A stretch of DNA of 64,000 nucleotides from an uncultured Acidobacteriota bacterium (GTDB taxonomy: Bacteria > Acidobacteriota > Terriglobia > UBA7540): contig CAWDRP010000002.1 in assembly GCA_963804755.1 (NCBI GenBank), positions 118,179-182,178 of the forward strand, given 5' to 3'. Position numbers and translations under genes: made by a program. This document shows positions 9,741-19,324 of the stretch, one piece after another. The notes below the pieces were generated by a model. The model ran no database searches. It was not told where the DNA came from and saw only the letters and a program-made list of their open reading frames with translations. How positions within the stretch are numbered: the first letter of the stretch is position 1; every line of letters starts with the position of its first letter.

Positions 9741-12029
9741 TTAGTGATGTCCGCCACCACCGCCGCCGGAGAAGCCACCCCCGCTGCTGTGGCTGCCGCC
9801 CGCCGAGGAACTCGCGCCGCTGGAGCGTGCGCCACCGGAGTAGCCACCGCCCGAACTGCCGCCGTGGGAACCGCCTGTGGAGCCATGGGCCGCGACCACA
9901 GCGCCTGAACCGCCGCCGAACGAGCGCGAGCCGCCAGGGTTACTAATAACCGGAGCGCCGCCACTCGAGCCGCCGTGCCTTCCGCCTCCAGTAACAGCAC
10001 TGCCGCGAAACTCACCCGGTGTACCCCGCACAGCAAGGTGGCCTCCCAGCGTCGCGCCCTGGAATGCCCGCAACGGCGCGTGGCCGGCATGATGACTTGC
10101 CAGCAGCGCGCTCTCCTTTGCTGCATCACCCCCCATCAGGATGGTGGAAGGCGCACCGTGGTGTGATGCGAAGCTTGAACTCGAGCCACGGGTCGTCGCC
10201 GATGCTGCCGCCGACGCCATCGCTGCGCCCGTCCCTTGCGGAGAGGGTCCAAAAGGCGGTCGGTCGATCCTGCTTCCCTGCGGGGGCAGAACGCGGGTGG
10301 CGATTTGCGCCGTAATCATTTGGCCATTCTGGAAGGCCGCAGTGGGCACTCGGATCATTTCGGCTGACCTGATGCGGGGACCCGCGCCGGGAGGATGAAT
10401 GCCTACGGGTGGCCGGGGTCCGGGGCGGCCCGTCCCCGGGAATCCAGTACTGCTGCCCGAACCTAGGGGCCGCCAGCCGATCCATCCCGGTCCCATATAC
10501 CAACTGACCAGCGAACCTTCCCAAAGCCCGCATGAGTACATCGGGTTCATCCAATACCAACCGAAGCTCGCGTCGAAATCCCAAAGCCCGCAGTGGTCAG
10601 TCACCCAGCCCCATGGGTCGGCGGAAATCCACGCCCAGCCGTAGCCCGAGTACCATGACCACATCCCATTCGTATAAGGCGACCAACCGGCCAGGGAGTA
10701 AGGCGACCAGCCGAACCTGCCACCGGCAAGCGAAACCCACTCACCGTAGGTGTTCAGGTCACCCCAGCCATAGCTTGTCCCCATCGGATGCACGGCCTCG
10801 TCCATCGCCGTAAGCTCTGCCTGCTTGTCCCGTGCCTCCGCCCACTGGTCCCAAGCGTCCTTCACAATTCGCTTCGGGGAGTTGACGGCCATTTCCGTGC
10901 CGCCTATTCTGCGTTCGAATGTCTTGCCTTCAGTCAGACTGGAAGACACCCCCGGCGCGTCAACATCCACCGAGCCATTGAAAACTTCCACGCGAAAGTG
11001 GTCCTGATCAAGGTCGGTACGGAACTCGCATTTGCCACTCGCCGTCACAACGGCGTCCGCAATCTTGACGCGGGTGGCGCCACTGTACTTGGGGAGAAAG
11101 TGGATAACGCCATCCGCTCCACGCTGTTTGGCCGCGGACGCGAAATTGTGTTCGGGCACAAAGTGGAACGTGCCATATCCCTGTTCAAAGGTCATGCCGT
11201 TCAGCTTGTTGCCGTCGGCATCCAGCGCCAATTGGTGGAAGAGCAATTGCGATTGCTCGCCGATGCGCGCCGTGGACCCGTTTTCAAATTCCACTTCGGC
11301 ATAACCGCCGGCGTCGGTGGAAAGCTCGAACCCCTCCTGAATGGGCGTATTCAGCAACGCCTTGGCTGGTTCCGCGGTGCCGGGCCGCTTGAGCATCACC
11401 GCGCCGCTCACGAAGCTCAGGCGAACCACCCTGGCATGCGATTTCGCAACCTCCGCACCCGGCGATGGCACGTACTCCAGATCCTCCCCCTTGCTCACCG
11501 TAAGGGAGTTGGCGTGTGCCGAGATCGAAACGGCGCCTGACGACACGTACAGGGTCACCTTCCCGGAATTGAAACCGACCAGGAATTGGGCTTTCCCCGA
11601 AGGGGTCAGCGTGGCGTCAGCAACCTTCACCTCGTACCCAGGTTGACGTTCAGATGCAAAGCGAAGGTTGATGTATCCCTTTTCCAAGGCGACCTGGCTC
11701 GGTTGGCCGCCATTGGCCTCGCTACTGAATTGGCTGAATTGCGCGGTGGTGAGTCCCTGGAGTTGAAGGGTGGATCCGTTCGCAAGCGCCACGGCGGCTG
11801 CACCCCCACTCGCCGTTGACAGCTCAAGGCCGTCTTCAATGGGCATGTTCACGGTTGCCGGGATCTTCTCCGCGGCGCCCGCGCGCGTAACCGTCACTTG
11901 GCCGCTCAGCGAAGTAAGCCGCGCTGAGTCAAGCTGGGAAGAACCTTGCTGAGAAAAGAGAGCTGCCGGCAGGAAAAGCAGCCCCGCGACTACAACCACG
12001 AGTACACGACGTACGCAATCGTATCTCAC
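9741..12029 (-). CDS. Secreted FecR-domain protein, paralog A: two FecR-like domains, a Trp/Gly/Tyr-rich module, a Pro-rich linker, and a long Gly/Ser low-complexity tail ending GGHH
   Basis: Alignment with the paralog start at 13739 places a GTG start (VRYDCVRRVLVVVVAGLLFLPAALF signal) preceded by GGAGG. The ORF track extends it to 12173. FecR-type motifs are VVRLSFVSGAVMLKRPG...PIQEGFELSTDAGGYAEVEFENGSTARIGE. The W-rich block is YGWGDLNTYGEW...GWSPY...PGWIGW. Confidence 0.6.
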   Translation of the reverse strand: MRYDCVRRVLVVVVAGLLFLPAALFSQQGSSQLDSARLTSLSGQVTVTRAGAAEKIPATVNMPIEDGLELSTASGGAAAVALANGSTLQLQGLTTAQFSQFSSEANGGQPSQVALEKGYINLRFASERQPGYEVKVADATLTPSGKAQFLVGFNSGKVTLYVSSGAVSISAHANSLTVSKGEDLEYVPSPGAEVAKSHARVVRLSFVSGAVMLKRPGTAEPAKALLNTPIQEGFELSTDAGGYAEVEFENGSTARIGEQSQLLFHQLALDADGNKLNGMTFEQGYGTFHFVPEHNFASAAKQRGADGVIHFLPKYSGATRVKIADAVVTASGKCEFRTDLDQDHFRVEVFNGSVDVDAPGVSSSLTEGKTFERRIGGTEMAVNSPKRIVKDAWDQWAEARDKQAELTAMDEAVHPMGTSYGWGDLNTYGEWVSLAGGRFGWSPYSLAGWSPYTNGMWSWYSGYGWAWISADPWGWVTDHCGLWDFDASFGWYWMNPMYSCGLWEGSLVSWYMGPGWIGWRPLGSGSSTGFPGTGRPGPRPPVGIHPPGAGPRIRSAEMIRVPTAAFQNGQMITAQIATRVLPPQGSRIDRPPFGPSPQGTGAAMASAAASATTRGSSSSFASHHGAPSTILMGGDAAKESALLASHHAGHAPLRAFQGATLGGHLAVRGTPGEFRGSAVTGGGRHGGSSGGAPVISNPGGSRSFGGGSGAVVAAHGSTGGSHGGSSGGGYSGGARSSGASSSAGGSHSSGGGFSGGGGGGHH

Positions 12030-12312
12030 GGCCGGCCTCCTGCGGAGATTATACACCCGGCTTCTATATTGATGGACGAAACAGGATGGAGACGGGTTGC
12101 AGTTCTGAAGGCGAGATTCCGATGCGGCAGAAAATGCGCGAAGCGCCTGGGAGTGCGGCCGCGAAGCTGCCACCTTTGCCGTGGTTCTGGTCTTCTCAAC
12201 GAACGCCAGAAGCGGCAGCTTCGCGGCCGCACTCCAAGGCGCTTCGCGCAGGTATAGAACTCAGTTCTTTCTTACTAGAATTCGTGAGCGCCGGCCCAAC
12301 CACTACGCGGCG

Positions 12313-12500
12313 TTAGTGGTGCGCGCCGCTACTTGTGCTTGGGCCAGAACCGGCCGGACGCCCGGCGCCGGAGGTGCCAGAAACGGCCATGCTGGGCGAC
12401 GAGTTGACTGAATTGGCGCCGCCAACGCGCCCGTTCGAGATCGCCCCGCCCTCCATACCACCTTGGCGAGCAAACGCCGCCTGCTGTCCATGGGGCAACT
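12313..12500 (-). pseudogene. C-terminal stub of a FecR-family paralog (B): Gly/Ser tail ...LPHGQQAAFARQGG...GAHH
   Basis: Matches the C-terminus of the 13988-15625 paralog (LPHGQQAAFARQGG...SSSPSMAVS...GGHH) at protein and DNA level. The upstream body is missing. Confidence 0.5.
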
Positions 12501-12685
12501 GACCAACCAGCCGGTACGCTGCCATGTCTCCGCCCGGCTGCCTTCCCTGTGGCAAATCTCTCAGTTCGTCCCTTGCGTCCCACTCTCGGTTATATGTTGC
12601 TTCTGGTGTCATTTCTACGCCGCTATCCATTTCTTCCAAGTGGAGGGCCGGAATCACTCCCGGCCCCGCCACCGCAAGACACGCG

Positions 12686-13444
12686 TTATTGCCCCTTCGC
12701 CCAGCGAGTGTCTTGGTCAGTCCACCTCTTAAGGTCGTCTGCATCTGGTACGATGCCGGCGTGCTTGTAGACAGCTCCCATCACCACACTGGGCTTGTCG
12801 GCCCGGTAGTCACTAGAAACGCTGAAAAGGGCCGGATCGGGCTCCTCGTAAACCAGACTGTCCGCCTTCTGCTCCATGATTACGTTCCCCTCTTCGTCTA
12901 CCGATTGGTACGCAAGGATCCAACACCCGAGACCCGGTGCCGTTTTTAGGGTAACCACGTGTGGCTTAGTTGCCTCCACGTCGTCTGTAATGACAGCAAC
13001 ACGCTCCCCCAGTATCCTGTCCCATCCCCTAAATGTTTGGTTGGCTGAAACACAGTTGGAGCCGGAATTATTAAATCTCCTGAGGAGAGCACCCGCCATC
13101 ACTTGCGGACTTTGCGCCGGATAGTTGATAACCATGCCCACGCTGTCCATGGTCCTAACATTTCTTCCGTCTGAGAACTGTATGTAACGACTGACTTCAT
13201 TCGCTTTTCCCGGAAAGAGACTCCGCTGCATCACGTTGCTGCCGTCTGCTCTGTAGCCCGCAGTTATGTGGTCGATAACTTGGCCCTGGCTGTACAGGGT
13301 GGCCTTCAGCGTAAACGGCCTGACGGTCACCGCTCCTACCGTCGATTGCGCGCGCACGCGAGTTGGTAGGTGGTTCCCCACCAACCAACTCACCACAATA
13401 GCTAGGATACTGATTGCCGCCAAAACCAGCGTCCGTATTTTCAC
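12686..13444 (-). CDS. Hypothetical signal-anchored protein (252 aa) occupying the place of the missing body of FecR paralog B
   Basis: Clean 252-aa ORF with an N-terminal hydrophobic helix (MKIRTLVLAAISILAIVVSWLV). I recognise no domain. It is flanked by the N- and C-terminal stubs of a disrupted paralog. Confidence 0.4.
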   Translation of the reverse strand: MKIRTLVLAAISILAIVVSWLVGNHLPTRVRAQSTVGAVTVRPFTLKATLYSQGQVIDHITAGYRADGSNVMQRSLFPGKANEVSRYIQFSDGRNVRTMDSVGMVINYPAQSPQVMAGALLRRFNNSGSNCVSANQTFRGWDRILGERVAVITDDVEATKPHVVTLKTAPGLGCWILAYQSVDEEGNVIMEQKADSLVYEEPDPALFSVSSDYRADKPSVVMGAVYKHAGIVPDADDLKRWTDQDTRWAKGQ

Positions 13445-13550
13445 AGTTGAAATCCTCCGGTTCGCTAAATTCTTAGTCTCGACTTAAGGCCCCGGCCGTC
13501 AACAGGGGAGACCGCATATGTTGAAACACGACAAATCCAGATCAGAGAGA

Positions 13551-13739
13551 TCACCGCAAGCTTGAATTGTGTTGGGACAGCACTCCGCAAACCGACGTCA
13601 GCCGCGCTGAACCAAGCTGGGAAGAATCCTGTTGCGAAAAGAGAGCTGCGGGTAGGCAAAGCAGCCCCGCGACCACAACCACGAGTACACGACGTATGCA
13701 ATCGTATCTCACGGTCGGCCTCGTGCGGAGATTATACAC
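13551..13739 (-). pseudogene. N-terminal stub of FecR-family paralog B (signal peptide only, then stop)
   Basis: MYNLRTRPTVRYDCIRRVLVVVVAGLLCLPAALFSQQDSSQLGSARLTS is near-identical to the N-terminus of paralog A. The reading frame closes after 62 aa. Confidence 0.5.
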
Positions 13740-13987
13740 CCGGCTTCTATATTGATAGACGAATCAGGATGGAGATGAGTTGCAGCGTTGAGAGCAAGAT
13801 TCCGATGCCGCGAATAATGCGCGAAGCACCTTGGAGTGCGGCCGCGAAGCTGCCGCCTTCCTGGTTCGTTGGGAAAAGCAGGAACCGCGGCAAAGGCGGC
13901 AGCTTCGCGAACTCCAAGGCGCCTCGCGCAGGTATAGAACCCGGTTCTACCACCATTCCTGAGCGCGGGCTCGGCCACCACGCGGCG

Positions 13988-15625
13988 CTAGTGGTGCCCG
14001 CCACTGCTTGAGCTTGATGGACCGGCGCTGGCTGCGTGCCCGGCGCTAGAACTAGAAACGGCCATGCTGGGCGACGAACTCACTGAACTCTGGCCGCCGC
14101 CGGCCTGCCCTCCGGACGTCGGGCCCCCCTGGCGAGCGAACGCCGCCTGCTGTCCATGTGGCAGCAAGGTCGGCCCGCCCGCGGTGCGCGAGAATTGCGG
14201 TCCGCCCACTCCCTTTTGGCCTTTCACGCCGGCAAAAGCATCGCCACGAAATTCACCCACGCCGCCACCCACCGCGTACAGACCGCCCAAGGTTGTTCCC
14301 ATGCGCGCCCGCAGTGGCTGATGGCTGGAGTGCCCCCCCTCAAGCGCAAGTTCCTTCTCCCCTGCGCCTCCCATGAGAATAGAACTCGGCGCGGACGAGT
14401 GTACGGCGCCCGCCCGGGGGGTGAACAGCGCTGCCGTACTCCCCGAGAGCGGCGTGCCGGAAAGCAGCGCTCCGGCGCCGGGTTCGAAAGGCAGCGTCCG
14501 GATCCTGGTTCCCACCGTCACCGGCACATGGTTCACCGTCTCTGGGCTCACCGCCAGTCCGTTTTGAACAACGCCACCCGGAACGGTGGTGACGATGCTT
14601 TGACCCGCCACCCCAAGCGCACCCTGCGGCGCCCAGCCAATCCATCCTGGCCCTGAATACCAACTGACTAATGCTGGGGAGAAGGCCCCCATATTCCCGG
14701 GTGTCCAGAACCAGCCGAAGCCGGGTGAGAAATCCCAATTGCCGTAATGGTAAGGCAGCCAGCCCCACGGCTCACCGGAGATCCACGTGTAACCCATTCC
14801 CGGATACCAATTCCACATCCCCATCGTATACGGCGACCAGCCGGCCGCTGCGAACGGCGACCAGCCATACCCGAACCCGGGGAAGTACCCCCATTCGCCG
14901 TACGCGTTGAGGTCGCCCCACCCGTAAAGAGGCCCCGTGGCCGGCACTGCCTGATCGTTGAACGACAACTGGGTTTGAGTGTCGCGCTGCGATGTCCACT
15001 TATCCCAGGCATCTTTGGCGATTCCCTGCGTTTCGTTCATCGCCATTTGCTGGGACGCCGTATCAAATTCCAGCACCTTTTCCTTGCCCAATTTCGCGGT
15101 CTTCTGGTTGGGCGCGGCAGCTTCCACGGAGCCTGAGAATACTTCCACCCGTGCTTTACCGCGGTCAAGGTCGGTGCGGAATTCGGTCTTGCCGTTCGGG
15201 GTCAGTGTGGTTTCGGCAATCTTCACGCTGTACGCATCGTGGTGTTCCGGCAGAAGGTGAAATGTTGCGTACCCCTGTTCAAATGTGATGCGGTTCAGCT
15301 TGTTTCCCTGCTCATCCATCGCCAGTTGGTCGAAGTTCACCTTGGAGAGCTCGCCCAAGCGCGCCGTCGAGCCGTTCTCGAATTCCACCTCAGCGTAGCT
15401 TTGGGCGGAAGTCGAAATCTCGAACCCTTCCTGGATGGGAGTGTTTACCTGCGCCTTTGCCCATTCCGTGGAGGTCGGCCGTTTCAGGGCCACGGTGCCG
15501 CTGACGTAGCTCAACCGCACCACCCGCACGTGCGATAGGTTTTGTTGGGCAAAAGCAAAGGTGGATAATCCGAAGATCCCGAGAACCAACAACTGAAACC
15601 CATGACGTAAGGCCTTGCTATTCAT
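13988..15625 (-). CDS. Secreted FecR-domain protein, paralog C: one FecR-like domain, Trp-rich module, Gly/Ser tail ending GGHH
   Basis: A start at MNSKALRHGFQLLVLGIFGLSTFAFA is preceded by a GGAGG ribosome-binding site. The ORF track extends to 15754. Same module order as paralog A. Confidence 0.6.
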   Translation of the reverse strand: MNSKALRHGFQLLVLGIFGLSTFAFAQQNLSHVRVVRLSYVSGTVALKRPTSTEWAKAQVNTPIQEGFEISTSAQSYAEVEFENGSTARLGELSKVNFDQLAMDEQGNKLNRITFEQGYATFHLLPEHHDAYSVKIAETTLTPNGKTEFRTDLDRGKARVEVFSGSVEAAAPNQKTAKLGKEKVLEFDTASQQMAMNETQGIAKDAWDKWTSQRDTQTQLSFNDQAVPATGPLYGWGDLNAYGEWGYFPGFGYGWSPFAAAGWSPYTMGMWNWYPGMGYTWISGEPWGWLPYHYGNWDFSPGFGWFWTPGNMGAFSPALVSWYSGPGWIGWAPQGALGVAGQSIVTTVPGGVVQNGLAVSPETVNHVPVTVGTRIRTLPFEPGAGALLSGTPLSGSTAALFTPRAGAVHSSAPSSILMGGAGEKELALEGGHSSHQPLRARMGTTLGGLYAVGGGVGEFRGDAFAGVKGQKGVGGPQFSRTAGGPTLLPHGQQAAFARQGGPTSGGQAGGGQSSVSSSPSMAVSSSSAGHAASAGPSSSSSGGHH

Positions 15626-15869
15626 GGTCGGCCTCCTGCCTGGAGATGAGGGCATTATACGACATTTCCATGTTTGCTGCTGCAAGTATCTTCCCGTACT
15701 TTGCCTCCGGTCAAATCCTGTACTGTCACGCCGCAATCTGCCGCTCCCCTGCATTCCCCATTGCCTTCCTGCTCAAACCATGGGACTCTGTGGTGCCTCG
15801 CGCGGTGGCGAGCTTGCCTCGCCACATGGCGTCATAGGGGCAAGGTTACCTCGCACCAGGACGGTAGTA

Positions 15870-17189
15870 ATGCCGTCTCCGCATCGTATGGATACCATCA
15901 TTAACTCCGTTGAGAAAACCCGTATCCGTTGGGTCCTGGTGGTATGGGTCTCCTTTATGGGGGCGATCAGTTTCCTCGACCGGGTCAACATCTCCATTGC
16001 CGGGCATTCGATATGCCAGGATTTCCACCTGGCCGACATGCAGCTCGGGAAGATCTTCAGCGCCTTTTTCATCGGCTACGGGCTGTTCCAGGTAGCCGGA
16101 GGCTGGACGGTTGACCGCCTGGGGGCGCGCCGCACGCTGCTCTTGGGCGCCGCGTGGTGGGCCGGCTTCACCGCTCTTACGGCCAGCTTTCCCGCCGGGA
16201 TCGCACAGGCATTCTTGATGATCTGGTCGGTGCGATTCCTGCTGGGCATGGGCGAGTCCGTGATGTACCCGAGTTCCAACCGCTGGATGGCGAATTGGAT
16301 ACCCACCGCCGAGCGTGGCCTCGCCAATGGCCTGATCTTTGCCGGCGTCGGCGGGGGCTCGGCCCTTGCACCTCCGATCATTCGTTACGTCATGGTGCAC
16401 CTGGGTTGGCGCTCGTCCTTCTGGGTATGCGCCGTGCTGGGATTGCTGGCCGGCGCGGCCTGGTATGGGATGGCGCGCGACCATCCTGACCAGCACTCGT
16501 GGGTGAACGATGCGGAGAGAAAGTGGATTCATCAAGGCATCCCACAAGCCGATCCCATTCAGGCGCCTAAACTCTCGTGGGCCACTATTCTCGGAAGCAA
16601 GGACGTTTGGGCACTCACCCTCAGCTACTTCTGTTACGGATACACGCCCGCGATATTCTTCACGTGGTTCTTTATCTACCTCACCCGCGTCCGTGGCCTG
16701 AACCTCCAAACCGCGAGCTACCTCGGTATGTTGCCCTTTATCGCCATGGCGGTGGGGTCGGCGTTGGGCGGCTGGATTGCCGACGCCGTGTGCCGCCGAC
16801 TGGGGCGCCGGTGGGGGCGTTGCGGTGTGGCCGCCTTCGGCATGGTCGGCGCCGGGGCGTTTATGGCGGCGGGTTCGCAACTGTCCACCGCCGCCGCAGC
16901 CAGCGCGATTTTGGCGTTGGGCGCCGGTTCGCTCTACCTCGCCCAAAGCTCGTACTTCGCGCTGTCCGCCGATTTCGGCAAGGGCTCCGCCGGATCGCTC
17001 TCCGGTTTTATGAACATGGGCGCGCAAGCGGGCGGCGCCGTCACCGCCGTCACCACGCCCGCTATTGCCGCGCATTTTGGCTGGACCGTGTCATTCTTAA
17101 CCTCCGCCGCCTTCTGCGCCGTGGGCGGCATCCTGTGGCTGTTTATCAATCCCAATTGCTCACTCCCTCCCCGTAAGCCACGCATGTAG
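15870..17189 (+). CDS. MFS transporter, anion:cation symporter (ACS, hexuronate/galactonate-type) family
   Basis: 12-TM pattern. GWTVDRLGARRT MFS signature and YPSSNRWMANWIPTAERGLANG, typical of ACS-family sugar-acid permeases. The ORF-track start at 15615 overlaps the divergent gene, so an internal ATG was chosen. Confidence 0.7.
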   Translation: MPSPHRMDTIINSVEKTRIRWVLVVWVSFMGAISFLDRVNISIAGHSICQDFHLADMQLGKIFSAFFIGYGLFQVAGGWTVDRLGARRTLLLGAAWWAGFTALTASFPAGIAQAFLMIWSVRFLLGMGESVMYPSSNRWMANWIPTAERGLANGLIFAGVGGGSALAPPIIRYVMVHLGWRSSFWVCAVLGLLAGAAWYGMARDHPDQHSWVNDAERKWIHQGIPQADPIQAPKLSWATILGSKDVWALTLSYFCYGYTPAIFFTWFFIYLTRVRGLNLQTASYLGMLPFIAMAVGSALGGWIADAVCRRLGRRWGRCGVAAFGMVGAGAFMAAGSQLSTAAAASAILALGAGSLYLAQSSYFALSADFGKGSAGSLSGFMNMGAQAGGAVTAVTTPAIAAHFGWTVSFLTSAAFCAVGGILWLFINPNCSLPPRKPRM

Positions 17190-17307
17190 CCGTCAGTTTG
17201 GCTGCGGCTCTGCCGCGCTGTGCCTCAGCGCCTAATGGACTTCTCTCCGCGCCAGTGCTACTCTGGCAGCCGCAAAATTCGGATTCATAGCAAGGAGGCC
17301 TACCATC

Positions 17308-18555
17308 ATGACGACCAAAGCAGGTGATCCCCATGCAGAACACGGCCGCAGCGGCCTGAATCGGCGTGCATTCCTGTCCGGCGCCGGGGCGGCGACGGCA
17401 TTCAGCATCATGAAGCCGGGACTGGCGCGTGGCTCGCAAGTCAGTTCCAAAATTGCGCTCGGCTCCATCGGCTGCGGCAGCCGCGGGACGTGGATTGCCG
17501 GCCTTTTCCAAAAGCACGGCGGATACGAAATCAGCGCGGCCGCGGATTACTTCCCGGACCGGGTGAATGCGTTCGGCGACAAGTTCAATATTCCCGCATC
17601 CCGGCGGTTCACGGGCCTGAAGTGTTACCAGAGATTGCTGGATGCCAAGGTTGACGCCGTCGCCATCGAAAGCCCCCCCTACTTTCACGCCGAGCAGGCC
17701 GCCGCTGCGATTGATGCGGGCGTGCATGCGTACCTCGCCAAGCCGATGGCCGTGGATGTCCCCGGCTGCCGCAGCATTGAAGCCAGTGCGAAGAAAGCCG
17801 GGGAAAAGAAGCTTGCCTATCTCATTGACTTCCAGACGCGCACCGATCCCTTTTACCAGGAAGCCATCCGGCGCGTGCAACAGGAAGGCGACATTGGCCG
17901 CATTATCAGCGGCGAGGCGTCGTACGTGGCGGGCTCTCCGTGGCCAAAGATGATCCCCAACCTGATGGTGAATCCGCAGGATCCGGAACGTCGGCTGCGC
18001 GCGTGGGGCATCAGCCGGGCGCTTTCGGGCGACATCATCACCGAGCAGAACATCCACGCCATCGACGTGATGACCTGGATTCTCGATCAGCATCCGGTTA
18101 AGGCGCTGGGCACCGGCGGCCTGAAGTCCCGTACGATCGGCGACGTGTGGGACTACTTCTCGGTGATCTTCTGGTTCCCCAACGACGTGCTGGTCACGTT
18201 CTACTCCAAGCAGTATGGCCAGGGCGCAGACGATATCCGCTGCCAGATGTTCGGCACGGAAGGCGCCATCGACACGCACTACGCCGGCGATGTGGGGATC
18301 AAAGGCAAGGTGATTTACGCCGGAGGCCGCGACAGCATGCTTTACGCCACCGGGGCGGTCCGCAATATCGCCACCTTTTACGATCAGGTTACATCCGGCA
18401 AGCTCGACTACTGTACGGTGGCGCCGGCGGTGCGCAGCAATCTCGCCACCATCCTCGGCCGGACCGCTGCCTATAAGCAGGCGGAGTTCACTTGGGATGA
18501 ATTGATGCAGTCGGAAGAGCGCCTCGACCCGCACCTGGTGGGGTTGAAGGAATAG
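17308..18555 (+). CDS. Gfo/Idh/MocA family NAD(P)-dependent oxidoreductase with Tat signal
   Basis: RRAFLSGAGAATAFS twin-arginine signal. N-terminal Rossmann segment and AKP variant of the family EKP motif. Likely co-transcribed with the upstream MFS gene. Confidence 0.8.
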   Translation: MTTKAGDPHAEHGRSGLNRRAFLSGAGAATAFSIMKPGLARGSQVSSKIALGSIGCGSRGTWIAGLFQKHGGYEISAAADYFPDRVNAFGDKFNIPASRRFTGLKCYQRLLDAKVDAVAIESPPYFHAEQAAAAIDAGVHAYLAKPMAVDVPGCRSIEASAKKAGEKKLAYLIDFQTRTDPFYQEAIRRVQQEGDIGRIISGEASYVAGSPWPKMIPNLMVNPQDPERRLRAWGISRALSGDIITEQNIHAIDVMTWILDQHPVKALGTGGLKSRTIGDVWDYFSVIFWFPNDVLVTFYSKQYGQGADDIRCQMFGTEGAIDTHYAGDVGIKGKVIYAGGRDSMLYATGAVRNIATFYDQVTSGKLDYCTVAPAVRSNLATILGRTAAYKQAEFTWDELMQSEERLDPHLVGLKE

Positions 18556-18581
18556 ACCAGGCCGGAGTCCGGCGTACACAA

Positions 18582-18980
18582 TCACACCCAAAGGGTGTTC
18601 AGTTCGCTCGCTACGCGTTCAAAATCTCTGTCGCTGGTTACCAAGGCGGCTTTGCGGGAACGGGCTAGGGCGCCAGCGAAAGCATCTGCGTAAGGCAGGT
18701 TGTATCTACCTTTGAGGCTCGCAGCTTCCTCCGTGAGCTGCATGTCGGCGTCCACTACTTCAATGGGGAGTTGGGCGATTTCAAGCAGTTTGGCGCGCGC
18801 GATTTTCTCGCCACGCGCGCGCCAGAGCGAGTAATATACCTCCCCCCAATTGACCACACACATCGCCAGCGGCCGCTCGGCGTCAGCGGCCTTGGCCAAC
18901 AACTCCTCCACCTTAGCGGCGCCGGCGCGGTTCTCGAAAAACGTCATGAGCGCGCTCGCGTCCAGCACGTACGTCGTCAT
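18582..18980 (-). CDS. vapC: PIN-domain toxin VapC
   Basis: 132 aa starting MTTYVLDASALM (PIN signature D). Overlaps the upstream antitoxin gene by 4 nt (ATGA). Confidence 0.8.
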   Translation of the reverse strand: MTTYVLDASALMTFFENRAGAAKVEELLAKAADAERPLAMCVVNWGEVYYSLWRARGEKIARAKLLEIAQLPIEVVDADMQLTEEAASLKGRYNLPYADAFAGALARSRKAALVTSDRDFERVASELNTLWV

Positions 18981-19213
18981 AAAGCGCGCTCCCGCTGCCG
19001 CTCCTGCAACAGTACGTCGAGCGCCGAGGGCTCGCCCTCTAGCGAGCCGCGCAGGCTCCGGATGAATTCGCGGGTGACGGGTTGCAAGATCATGCGCCTC
19101 CCATCCTCTGAAAACACCACCACGGTACCCTTTTTGATCGCAAACCTCCGGCGCAGCCGCGCGGGAATCACGAGTTGACCCTTGGACGTCACCACGCTGG
19201 TTTCGAGCTTCAT
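18977..19213 (-). CDS. vapB: AbrB/MazE/SpoVT-type antitoxin VapB
   Basis: 78 aa, MKLETSVVTSKGQLVIPARLRRRF swapped-hairpin motif. Immediately upstream of vapC. Confidence 0.7.
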   Translation of the reverse strand: MKLETSVVTSKGQLVIPARLRRRFAIKKGTVVVFSEDGRRMILQPVTREFIRSLRGSLEGEPSALDVLLQERQRERAL

Positions 19214-19324
19214 AGGTCACATCTCCTGATTATTGGATACCACACCACGATATGTAAGTCAAATTATTATTATCTTACTTCAAGGATAATGTAGCCCGGC
19301 AGGGACCAGGAGCGAGCCGGTACG

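Noticed and set aside
9611-9946. 111-aa ORF inside the REPIN-like element / 3' region of the FecR paralog
   Set aside because: Arg-rich translation of a GC-rich repeat. It overlaps the C-terminus of the 9741-12029 gene on the opposite strand.
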